Part shown: piece after piece, positions 24,411 through 35,279 of the stretch
Layout of the letters: every line of letters starts with the position of its first letter
Numbering within the stretch: the stretch's first letter is position 1
Assembly (NCBI GenBank): GCA_002269645.1
Contig: NIVC01000180.1
Location: 186,001 to 250,000, forward strand
Source of the DNA: Macrostomum lignano
Taxonomy: Eukaryota
DNA: 64,000 nt
Direction of reading: 5' to 3'
The notes under the pieces: model-generated
The model's input: only the letters and a program-made list of their open reading frames with translations
Told to the model about the DNA's origin: nothing
The model's database searches: none
Translations under genes and position numbers: made by a program

Positions 24411-25505
24411 GGCGCTCACCAAGAGACAGGGGCGCTCACCAAGAGACAGGGGCATTCACCAAGAGATTTGAGCGCTCACCGAGAGACAGGGGCATTCACC
24501 AAGAGACTTGAGCGCTCACCAAGAGACAGGGGTGAGCCGCTCACCAAGAGACAGGGGCGCTCATCAAGAGACTTGAGCGCTCACCGAGAGACAGGGGCAT
24601 TCACCAAGAGACTTGAGCGCTCACCGAGAGACAGGGGCGCTCATCAAGAGACTTGAGCGCTCACCAAGAGACAGGGGCGCTCATCAAGAGACAGGGGCAT
24701 TCACCAAGAGATTTGAGCGCTCACCGAGAGACAGGGGCATTCACCAAGAGACTTGAGCGCTCACCAAGAGACAGGGGTGAGCCGCTCACCAAGAGACAGG
24801 GGCGCTCATCAAGAGACTTGAGCGCTCACCGAGAGACAGGGGCATTCACCAAGAGACTTGAGCGCTCACCGAGAGACAGGGGCATTCACCAAGAGACTTG
24901 AGCGCTCACCAGAGACAGGGGCGCTCATCAAGAGACTTGAGCGATCACCAAGAGACAGGGGCGCTCATCAAGAGACTTGAGCGCTCACCAAGAGACAGGG
25001 GTGAGCCGCTCACCAAGAGACAGGGGTGAGCCGCTCACCAAGAGACAGGGGTGAGCCGCTCATCAAGAGACTTGAGCGCTCACCAATAGACTTGAGCGCT
25101 CACCAAGAGACAGGGGCGCTCACCAATAGACTTGAGCGCTCACCAATAGACTTGAGCGCTCACCAAGAGACAGGGGCGCTCACCAATAGACTTGAGCGCT
25201 CACCAATAGACTTGAGCGCTCACCAAGAGACAGGGGCGCTCACCAATAGACTTGAGCGCTCACCAATAGACTTTAGCGCTCACCAATAGACTTTAGCGCT
25301 CACCAAGAGACAGGGGCGCTCACCAATAGACTTGAGCGCTCACCAAGAGACTTGAGCGCTCACCAATAGACTTGAGCGCTCACCAAGAGCCTTGAGCGCT
25401 CACCAATAGACTTGAGCGCTCACCAAGAGACAGGGGCGCTCATCAAGAGACTTGAGCGCTCACCAAGAGACAGAGGCGCTCACCAAGAGACAGGGGCGCT
25501 CAACA
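24411..25505. repeat. Composite 20-bp minisatellite (GCGCTCACCAAGAGAC + AGGG/TTGA variants) with a local 245-bp higher-order period
   Basis: Monomer period of 20 seen at 24411 and 24431. The rarer 25-bp ACAGGGGTGAGCC variant recurs at 24526 and 24771. Confidence 0.92.
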
Positions 25506-25837
25506 AGACACCAAATATTGGTATTATCCCACTGGGGCTGAGTGGGACGCACGCAGGCAAATGGGATTTTCATTGATCTGATATAGTGGGATCTGCTCTT
25601 GTAAGCCGCTTCCGTTTTTGGACTAATTTGACGTCTCCTTAACCGATAGACCAAGAATGTTTTTCTTAATTTGTAGAATTACGAGCTACAAGTGGAAACT
25701 GTCTAGAAGTGTTTTGAGATTTTTGCCACACTCATTAACCTTTGATGCTTTTTTTTTTATTAAAATTTAATTGTTGTGAAGTTTCCTTTTCTTAAACAAT
25801 CCGATTTTAGTCAGACACTTTGGCTTTTGCATACAGC

Positions 25838-25851
25838 GTTGTCATGGCAAC
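25838..25851. promoter_or_regulatory. RFX X-box-like motif GTTGTCATGGCAAC
   Basis: One mismatch from the palindromic X-box GTTGCCATGGCAAC. Target gene not established. Confidence 0.45.
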
Positions 25852-26673
25852 AGGCTTGGCAAGCGATTCACGAATTCGAGTACTGACGCCCGACGCCTGA
25901 TGACAACCTCGAATACTGAACTCTCCAGCAAGGCTCCGAAACAGCACTTACGCCTCAAGTATGAAAATTCTGGATTAATCAGAGTGTTAAAATTTCTATA
26001 TTTGCTTTTTTCAGAACTTTTCTTTTGCTTTCTTTCTTCTTTCTTCTTTCTTTCTTTTGTTGAGCACAGGTGGGACCTTCTTGTATCTTCTTTTGCTAAA
26101 ATATATCGTCAGCAACATCATTTAAATTCATTATGAATCTCTTTTCAGAGGCTTGAAATTTCTGAAATTGAATTTATAAATAAGGAAGCAACTAAGCTCG
26201 ATTACTTTTTATTCATAGGACTTTCAGCCGCTTTCACTGCTACTTAAAGTAATATTTGCGAGGAAACACCAAAGCATACAAGAATTGCTATTTTTACAGC
26301 ATGAGGTTCAAAAATTATTAATTAAAAAATTTGATGCTCAAGTCTTAAATCAGTACGGCAGAAATGGAAGCAACATCGAGGTGCATGAATAATAAATAAG
26401 TTCTGTCGCTACAGAACTTGCTCATCATTTTGTCACTGGAGGTCGCTGCTTCGTACAAAACTCAAGCTATACTACTCAGGAGACTGGTCAGTAGTGGGTT
26501 CGGTTTCTACCAGCAGAGAATTCGCCTCTCGCAGAAGAGTGTCGGCCTTTCGAAGCATGCGGCGGCTCAGGGCCAGCCGACTTCCGGCACCGCCGCCAGA
26601 GGCTGAGATGTCCGACCCCGCATCATCCTGCACAATTGCCGGTAGCATGAATGCAAGGAGGACTCAACTCGTG

Positions 26674-27067
26674 CTCACACCAGTCTCATGCTCACACCAG
26701 TCTCATGCTCACACCAGTCTCATGCTCACACCAGTCTCATGCTCACACCAGTCTCATGCTCACACCAGTCTCATGCTCACACCAGTCTCATGCTCACACC
26801 AGTCTCATGCTCACACCAGTCTCATGCTCACACCAGTCTCATGCTCACACCAGTCTCATGCTCACACCAGTCTCATGCTCACACCAGTCTCATGCTCACA
26901 CCAGTCTCATGCTCACACCAGTCTCATGCTCACACCAGTCTCATGCTCACACCAGTCTCATGCTCACACCAGTCTCATGCTCACACCAGTCTCATGCTCA
27001 CACCAGTCTCATGCTCACACCAGTCTCATGCTCACACCAGTCTCATGCTCACACAAGTCTCATGCTC
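26674..27067. repeat. 17-bp minisatellite (CTCACACCAGTCTCATG), ~23 near-identical copies
   Basis: Direct reading of the array. Confidence 0.95.
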
Positions 27068-27097
27068 AAACCGGACTCATGCATCACTTCAAAGATT

Positions 27098-30000
27098 TCA
27101 GAGACCTCTCACCTGCTGTCCCATGGATGACGCAGCGTCAGCTTCTCTATCGACGTCGCGCCCCACCGAAGACTCTTCGGGCACCCCCGACATGGAAATC
27201 GAGCCGGCCCCGCGACCGCTGACGGTCGGCATTCGAAATGAGCCGCCGGCACCGCCGCCTGCGTAGCCTCTGAAGCAGCTGCTGCCGCATTCGCTGCCGG
27301 TGCGAGCAACGTCGTCGTAGAGAATGCGACAGTCGGTCTGCATGCAGTACAAGCACTGCTGCTGCTGCTGCTGCTGCTGCTGCAGAAGCCGCTGATTCTG
27401 GGAGCCGGTGCTCATCTCGGCCACACCCAGGCCCTCTTGCCGGCGTTGCCTCTGGCCGGTGGAGCGCTGCTGCCCGTGCGCTGCCTCGGCCGCGTCCAGA
27501 TCCACCTGTACAGTGCTCACGCAGAGGCAGCTGCCCAGCCAACCCAGTGGCTTCCTCTGGTTTCGTCTGCGCGTTTCTGCAATTTCGGATAACTGCTCAA
27601 TGAAGGAACTTCATCAGTAAAACTTGTGCTACGTCTTTGAGGTTGTCGAAGGATCTTTCAGGCTGACGATTTCTAAGAAATGCACCAGACTCTGCCGACT
27701 CAAATTCCGGGGCAACGGTCAACAACGACAACGCTCAGACGGTCTTTAATGTCTAGAAATTTTACCACAATTTTAAGTGAGCACTATTCAGGAAAATTTG
27801 CAGAATAAGCTTGAGAAAACATTGGATGAATGGCAATTCTCCTCAGGGAAAATCGGCATAGATTGCTTGGAAAGACAAGCTGATCAAAGAGTCTGTGTTC
27901 AAGAATGCGCTGAACAAGTGAAGATTGAGATGATGGCAATCGAAGCTGATGTTGAAGACGCACTTTCAATTTGCCTCAGCTCTCAGCTTGTTAACTCGCT
28001 CGTTCCAGAAATTCTACTACTCGCCACCAGCACTCGCTTCCGGCCTCCCACGCCCCTCTTCAAGCCCCCCCCCCCCCAGCGCTCTGTTTCCTTGTCCCAG
28101 CGAGGTCGGAACCGCAGGCAGCCAGGCAAAATCTGCGGTCAGGAGAGCAGCAGTCAGGCTGCTGTCGCGTGGACCAGAAAACCAATTTAAAGTACACTGC
28201 GATAACTCCTCCCCTCATTTCGGCGTATAGCCAATTTTGCGTCTCCAGAAGGCACTCAAACAAGGAAAACGGAAATTCGATTTGTTCAGCCAACTCATGG
28301 CGCTGGGAGGCAGAGAAATTTGTTTGGCTGAATGCGGAAATGCGGGAATGAAGATTAGCATTCCGCTAAAGCAGGGGTGGGCCAGATACAGAACCTTGGT
28401 TACCTGGCGCATGACTGCGGGCCAGAGGAGGGAACAGAGGATAAAAAAGAGGCGAGAGAATAAAGAAGAGAGACGAAATAGAGGAGAAGATATTAGAAGA
28501 GAAGAGAAGAGATTAGAAGAGAAGAGAAGAGAAGAGAAGAGATTAGAAGAGAAGAGAAGAGAAGAGAAGAGATTAGAAGAGAAGAGATTAGAAGAGAAGA
28601 GATTAGAAGAGAAGAGAAGAGAAGAGAAGAGAAGAGAAGAGAAGAGAAGAGAAGAGAAGAGAAGAGATTAGAAGAGAAGAGATTAGAAGAGAAGAGATTA
28701 GAAGAGAAGAGAAGAGAAGAGAAGAGAAGAGAAGAGAAGAGAAGAGAAGAGAAGAGATTAGAAGAGAAGAGAAGAGAAGAGAAGAGAAGAGAAGAGAAGA
28801 GAAGAGAAGAGAAGAGAAGAGAAGAGAAGAGAAGAGAAGAGAAGAGAAGAGAAGAGAAGAGAAGAGAAGAGAAGAGAAGAGGAGAGAAGAGAAGAGGAGA
28901 GAAGAGAAGAGAAGAGAAGAGAAGAGAAGAGAAGAGAAGAGAAGAGAAGAGAAGAGAAGAGAAGAGAAGAGAAGAGAAGAGAAGAGAAGAGAAGAGAAGA
29001 GAAGAGAAGAGAAGAGAAGAGGAGAGGAGAAAGAGGAGAGAGGAGAGGAAGGAGATTAGAGAAGAGGAGAGGGGATGAGAGAAGAGAGAGGAGAGGAGAG
29101 CTGAGAAGACACAAACACCGAGCGAGCCAAATTGCTATTGTGAAGTCTCAAAGGACCCGAGGGCCGGATAGAGAGGCTTTGTGGGCGGCATGTGGCCCGC
29201 CGGCCGGTTTGCCGACCCCTGCGCTAAAGTGTCCGGTCTTGAACAGTAGGTGAGCAGCAGTCTGCAGTTCGTGTCTGGGTTTTTACTTTACAATCATTGC
29301 CAACAAATAAATTTGAATGGTAAAACTACCGCAGTTGAAGTAATCAACTCACCCACGTAGTGCCTTGCCAGGATGCAGCGCACGCAGAAGCCCAGATTGA
29401 GCAGCAACGATGCTGACATGACTGCGAGCACCCCAATTATGTAGTCTGTGCGGGCAAACTTTGCCACTGGAATTTTGACGAAATGGAAGGCAATTAGTGA
29501 GCTAATCGGCTAGTGCAGAAAATACTGTGGGATTTCCTACAGTTCGGGTGCCGGTCAAAATCGTCCTGCGTTGCAGCGAGGTCTGCTGGGAACCGCCTGA
29601 CGTCCGGCTTCCAGACGCCCAAGTCGGCTGCGGCGGGCGCGCTGGTCGGTGGCGACTCTGCGTTGGCGGAGAACGTGTCGCGCATTCATTAGGTTTTCTC
29701 TTTAAGTTTATGGCAAAACTATAATCTATTATATGTATAAAAGACTCAGTATCTCGCACTATATACAGCAGAACGGTCTTGACAACCTCTGCCAGCCGCA
29801 AATTTAGTGGCGGCACCGAGTCGCAGCTCGAGATACTCACCTGCAGCAGCAGCCGCGCCACGCCTGCCTGTAGGCATTGGCTGCGTCGGCGCGAAGGTGG
29901 TCTTCATGACGTAGGCAGTCAGGTCCACCGTGGCGCTGACCGCTCCACGGAACTTGCAGCTCCAGGCGCCGGCCAGCCGCGACAGTCGCGTGTCCACCGT

Positions 30001-30311
30001 CAGGCTGACAGTTTTGGCGTCCGGTGGGCGCACCGTCCTATCACAGGAGACGCCCGACACGAGAATGGGGTCAATCACTGGGCAGCTGCCGTCGCTCTGC
30101 ATGTTGCAGATCGGGCTGCACTCACCGAAGCACTGCAGGCTGCTTGACAGCACAGGGCAGTAGAATTGCACTTTGTGATCGTCTGCACCGGCGCCTGTAG
30201 CGATCACGTCGCAGCTCAGCGTGACCAGGTGCTCGGACACCGACACTCGGATGCGCACGTCAGTGCTTGATGAAGACGAGGCGGAGGAGGATATGGATCC
30301 TTGACACCTGG
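27098..30311 (-). CDS. Uncharacterised single-pass membrane protein with a Cys-rich Ig-like ectodomain and a poly-Q cytoplasmic tail; first (signal peptide) exon not located
   Basis: Minus-strand exons 30311-29841, 29466-29353 and 27576-27098, all phase 1 with GTGAG donors and CAG acceptors. Ectodomain VTLSC...GAWSCKF; TM IIGVLAVMSASLLLNLGFCV; basic stop-transfer RRRNQRK. Confidence 0.72.
28372..29221. mobile_element. Non-autonomous hAT (Charlie-like) element with 8-bp TSD, intronic
   Basis: Ends CAGGGGTGGGCCA and TTTGCCGACCCCTG. The identical 8-mer CGCTAAAG flanks both ends (28364-28371 and 29222-29229). Confidence 0.88.
28490..29050. repeat. (AGAAG)n pentanucleotide microsatellite with AGATT/AGAGG variants, inside the hAT element
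   Basis: Direct reading. Confidence 0.96.
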
Positions 30312-31672
30312 CTGTGAACGGTTCGTGCGAGGACAGGCTACGACTAACAAGCTGCGTTCATTGACCAAATCAGAAATCACGCAAATGGGCGTTCAATAAG
30401 GCTTTATTTAGTAATTTACGTTATTCAGTATCACTAGTAAAACGAACCAACTCTAGTGTTTCTGAACACAACATAAGCTATCACCTTCGAGCGTAGACAG
30501 AGAACATTTTGACCTTGAACAGTGCGAGTACATGTAGATTGTTCATGCAGTCATTTCCATTCATTTTAGCTCACCCAGAGCTTGTAATTTGATTTTAGAT
30601 TGGCTTATTACGAGTACAGATAAAATGTTCGCAACTTCAAGAATCGTCACAATGCTGGAATAGAGAACAATTTTGTGCCTGTGTTTCACTATGAAAGCTA
30701 TTCAGTTATTGCCATTAATAAAATAAGAAGGTCTGGCAAACTTACTGAATGCAAATGCAAAAATTAACATTTGGAGAAAGATTTTTGGCTTACTTGTCTA
30801 TTGGGCAAGGGCCCCTACTTGCTCCAGCAGCCCCAGCCCCAAAGCCCTAAAGTAGTTCTGCTGACTAAAAGAGGCTGCGCAACTCTCTGAGCAAATTCTT
30901 ACTGCCAAGTCTAATTGAACAGCGTTGCGGAGTAGCAAGAGGTGTGCAAGAGGGGCTGCACAATGGCCAGGCTGCGGCGCGTACGCAGCCCGCGCCCCAT
31001 CCCACCTGGATGCACAATTAGCAAGCTGAGCCTGGTGGTTGCGAGGCCGTTTGGTGCAGCCCCCCGCCCCCCCCCCCCGGCGCGGGAGAAAGAAAACTAC
31101 AGCTCGCCTTTGCGAGTAAATTAAATGCCGCCCAGGTAAATTCGGACAGAGATTTGCCTGTGCCAGTGATGCAGCAAAACTTGCATGATTAATTTCTATA
31201 TGCGAAGCTGCAATTAGAGTTTCTGAGGGTTCTTCTTTTGCGACAACCTCAGCAATTTCTGCTTGCTTTTTCTGCAAGCCAATAATTATACGGGGCAAAA
31301 TCCATGCAGAGTTGCAAAGTGAATCAAAGTCCGCTTTCGGTGTGTGTAGCATTAGCGTAGCTACTCCAAAATTTATTGAAAGATGTTGTTAATATTAAAT
31401 GCGCTTGTGTTTCTTTGAAAAATGTTTAGAAAAGATGGAAACTCTGGTCATGCTTGTTGGCCACAATGCCGCAATGCTTACATGGTGTTAAAACAGACAA
31501 AATTTGAAATGCAGTGTAAATTTTGTTTAACTTTTGAAGTTGTTAACTTTTATCCTCTTGTTTTAATTTTGTTCAAATTTTTGTCTGTCGACGGTTTAAT
31601 CGTTTTGAGCGAACGTTGGAACCAGTAATAAGCTCCTCATGTTGAGGCAACAGATCGAAGCTACAATCTACC

Positions 31673-34293
31673 TGTATCTCCCAGTTTAATGAAATGGCGC
31701 ACCTGGTGCAATCTCCCAGTCCAATGAAATGGAGCACCTGGTGCAATCTCCCAGTCAAATGAAATGGCGCACCTGGTGCTTACATGTGTGTCCCAGTCCA
31801 ATGAAATGATGCACCTGGTGCAATCTCCCAGTCCAATGAAATGATGCACCTGGTGCAATCTCCCAGTCCAATGAAATGGAGCACCTGGTGCAATCTCCCA
31901 GTCCAATGAAATGGCGCACCTGGTGCAATCTCCCAGTCCAATGAAATGGCGCACCTGGTGCAATCTCCCAGTCCAATGAAATGGCGCACCTGGTGCAATC
32001 TCCCAGTCCAATGAAATGGCGCACCTGGTGCAATCTCCCAGTCCAATGAAATGGCGCACCTGGTGCAATCTCCCAGTCCAATGAAATGGCGCACCTGGTG
32101 CAATCTCCCAGTCCAATGAAATGGCGCACCTGGTGCAATCTCCCAGTCCAATGAAATGGCGCACCTGGTGCAATCTCCCAGTCCAATGAAATGGCGCACC
32201 TGGTGCAATCTCCCAGTCCAATGAAATGGCGCACCTGGTGCAATCTCCCAGTCCAATGAAATGGCGCACCTGGTGCTTACATGTGTGTCCCAGTCCAATA
32301 ACCTGGCGCACCTGGTGCAATCTCTCAGTACAATGAAATGGCGCACCTGGTGCTTACATGTGTGTCCCAGTCCAATGAAATGGCGCACCTGTTGCTATCT
32401 ACCAGTCCAATGAAATGGCGCACCTGGTGCTTACATGTGTGTCCCAGTCCAATGAAATGGCGTACCTGTTGCTATGTCCCAGTCCAATAACCTGGCGCAC
32501 CTGGTGCAATCTCTCAGTACAATGAAATGGCGCACCTGGTGCTTACATGTGTGTCCCAGTCCAATAACCTGGCGCACCTGGTGCAATCTCTCAGTACAAT
32601 GAAATGGCGCACCTGGTGCTTACATGTGTGTCCCAGTCCAATGAAATGGCGCACCTGTTGCTATCTACCAGTCCAATGAAATGGCGCACCTGGTGCTTAC
32701 ATGTGTGTCCCAGTCCAATGAAATGGCGTACCTGTTGCTATGTCCCAGTCCAATAACCTGGCGCACCTGGTGCAATCTCTCAGTACAATGAAATGGCGCA
32801 CCTGGTGCTTATATGTGTGTCCCAGTCCAATGAAATGATGCACCTGGTGCAATCTCCCAGTCCAATAACATGGCGCACCTGGTCCAATCTCCCAGTCCAA
32901 TGAAATGGCGCACCTGGTGCAATCTCCCAGTCCAATGAAATGGCGCACCTGGTGCTTACATGTGTGTCCCAGTCCAATAACCTGGCGCACCTGGTGCAAT
33001 CTCTCAGTACAATGAAATGGCGCACCTGGTGCTTACATGTGTGTCCCAGTCCAATGAAATGGCGCACCTGTTGCTATCTACCAGTCCAATGAAATGGCGC
33101 ACCTGGTGCTTACATGTGTGTCCCAGTCCAATGAAATGGCGTACCTGTTGCTATGTCCCAGTCCAATAACCTGGCGCACCTGGTGCAATCTCTCAGTACA
33201 ATGAAATGGCGCACCTGGTGCTTACATGTGTGTCCCAGTCCAATAACCTGGCGCACCTGGTGCAATCTCTCAGTACAATGAAATGGCGCACCTGGTGCTT
33301 ACATGTGTGTCCCAGTCCAATGAAATGGCGCACCTGTTGCTATCTACCAGTCCAATGAAATGGCGCACCTGGTGCTTACATGTGTGTCCCAGTCCAATGA
33401 AATGGCGTACCTGTTGCTATGTCCCAGTCCAATAACCTGGCGCACCTGGTGCAATCTCTCAGTACAATGAAATGGCGCACCTGGTGCTTATATGTGTGTC
33501 CCAGTCCAATGAAATGATGCACCTGGTGCAATCTCCCAGTCCAATAACATGGCGCACCTGGTCCAATCTCCCAGTCCAATGAAATGGCGCACCTGGTGCA
33601 ATCTCCCAGTCCAATGAAATGGCGCACCTGGTGCTTACATGTGTGTCCCAGTCCAATAACCTGGCGCACCTGGTGCAATCTCTCAGTACAATGAAATGGC
33701 GCACCTGGTGCTTACATGTGTGTCCCAGTCCAATGAAATGGCGCACCTGTTGCTATCTACCAGTCCAATGAAATGGCGCACCTGGTGCTTACATGTGTGT
33801 CCCAGTCCAATGAAATGGCGTACCTGTTGCTATGTCCCAGTCCAATAACCTGGCGCACCTGGTGCAATCTCTCAGTACAATGAAATGGCGCACCTGGTGC
33901 TTACATGTGTGTCCCAGTCCAATGAAATGATGCACCTGGTGCAATCTCCCAGTCCAATAACATGGCGCACCTGGTCCAATCTCCCAGTCCAATGAAATGG
34001 CGCACCTGCATGGTCCAATCTCCCAGTCCAATGAAATGATGCACCTGGTGCAATCTCCCAGTCCAATGAAATGGTGCACCTGGTGCTTACATGTGTGTCC
34101 CAGTCCAATGAAATGGAGCACCTGTTGCTATGTCCCAGTCCAATGAAATGACGCACCTGCATGGTGCAATCTCCCAGTCCAATGAAATGGCGCACCTGCA
34201 TGGTCCAATCTCCCAGTCCAATGAAATGGCGCACCTGTTGCTATGTCCCAGTCAAATGAAATGACGCACCTGGTCCAATCTCCCAGTCCAATG
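31673..34293. repeat. 35-bp satellite (CAGTCCAATGAAATGGCGCACCTGGTGCAATCTCC) with length variants and a 679-bp higher-order repeat
   Basis: Period of 35 seen at 31901 and 31936. Identical repeat-derived ORFs lie 679 bp apart (32697/33376 and 32780/33459). Confidence 0.95.
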
Positions 34294-35279
34294 AGGCCCT
34301 TGAAACCAAATGGGCCACCTCAAATGAAATTGCCCACTACTGAAAACGACCAAATGAAGAATCCTGGCAACGCCCCCTGAAGCGAGTTGGATGCGCGCAG
34401 CTGTCTTATCAATGGCAACACTTACCTGGACCCAGCAGACAGGCTAGCAGCAGAGACAGAGCCAGCAACCTGACCATACTTGCGGTGGTCGGCAAACAGA
34501 TTGCGCAATCAACTTTGCGATTATTCGGCTTAGACCTTGGAAACTTGGAGACAAAGTTTAATACTGACCCTGAGCAGGCTCAGTGCGCTGGTCAACCCGG
34601 CGGAACACGCAGTGCTCAACTCGCAGTTCATTTGCTTGCTTCATATATCAGACAGCACAGAATGCCTGAGCTGTGCTTAATTTATTCTCTACTCGCATTG
34701 TTAGCGTACGTTGCGTCTCAGCTTTCTATTGGTCCATAGCGTCTTCTATAGATAAGCTAAAGTTATACCACTCCGTTGGAGACGCTTGCATTGCTACTTT
34801 AAGTAAGTGAAACAAGAAAAAACTAAAATAATTAAATTAAAAAAACTTTTCAGCGCACATATTATTCCAAAATTATGCTGCTTACGTTTATGCACTTCTT
34901 TAAATAAAAACTTCACGACAGCCAAGCAAGATTTGATTCTCAGAACATAAAACCCGGCGTAAAACTTCACGCCAACACTAGTACGTGATACTCGATTAAA
35001 ATGTTGATCTGAAAAAGCAACTTTTAGGAATTCTGGCAACGTAGAATATACTAGCCTACTTGAAGTAGTAAGGTGACAGCCTGCAACAATTGTAACAGCT
35101 GCGGTGATCACAGAACATCGCTTTTTTAAATTTGTTTGAATCGACTGGTAAAATCTTGAGTAGCTATATTCAATGTTTCTCGTACATTCAAAAATAGGCA
35201 GAGCGTTGAGGTTTCTTGATGAATGAATTTTTATGAACGAGTAAAAATAGCTCCCTTGAGATCAAGGCTCTCACGCAGC

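Noticed and set aside
30798-31352. ORF as the first exon of the Ig-like membrane gene
   Set aside because: It starts with TTG, has no clear signal peptide, and I found no strong phase-1 donor; exon 1 is left unassigned.
31673-34293. CRISPR-like appearance of the 35-bp partly palindromic repeats (also considered for the other 20-36-bp arrays)
   Set aside because: Units are head-to-tail with no unique spacers, no cas genes are present, and the context is a spliced eukaryotic genome.
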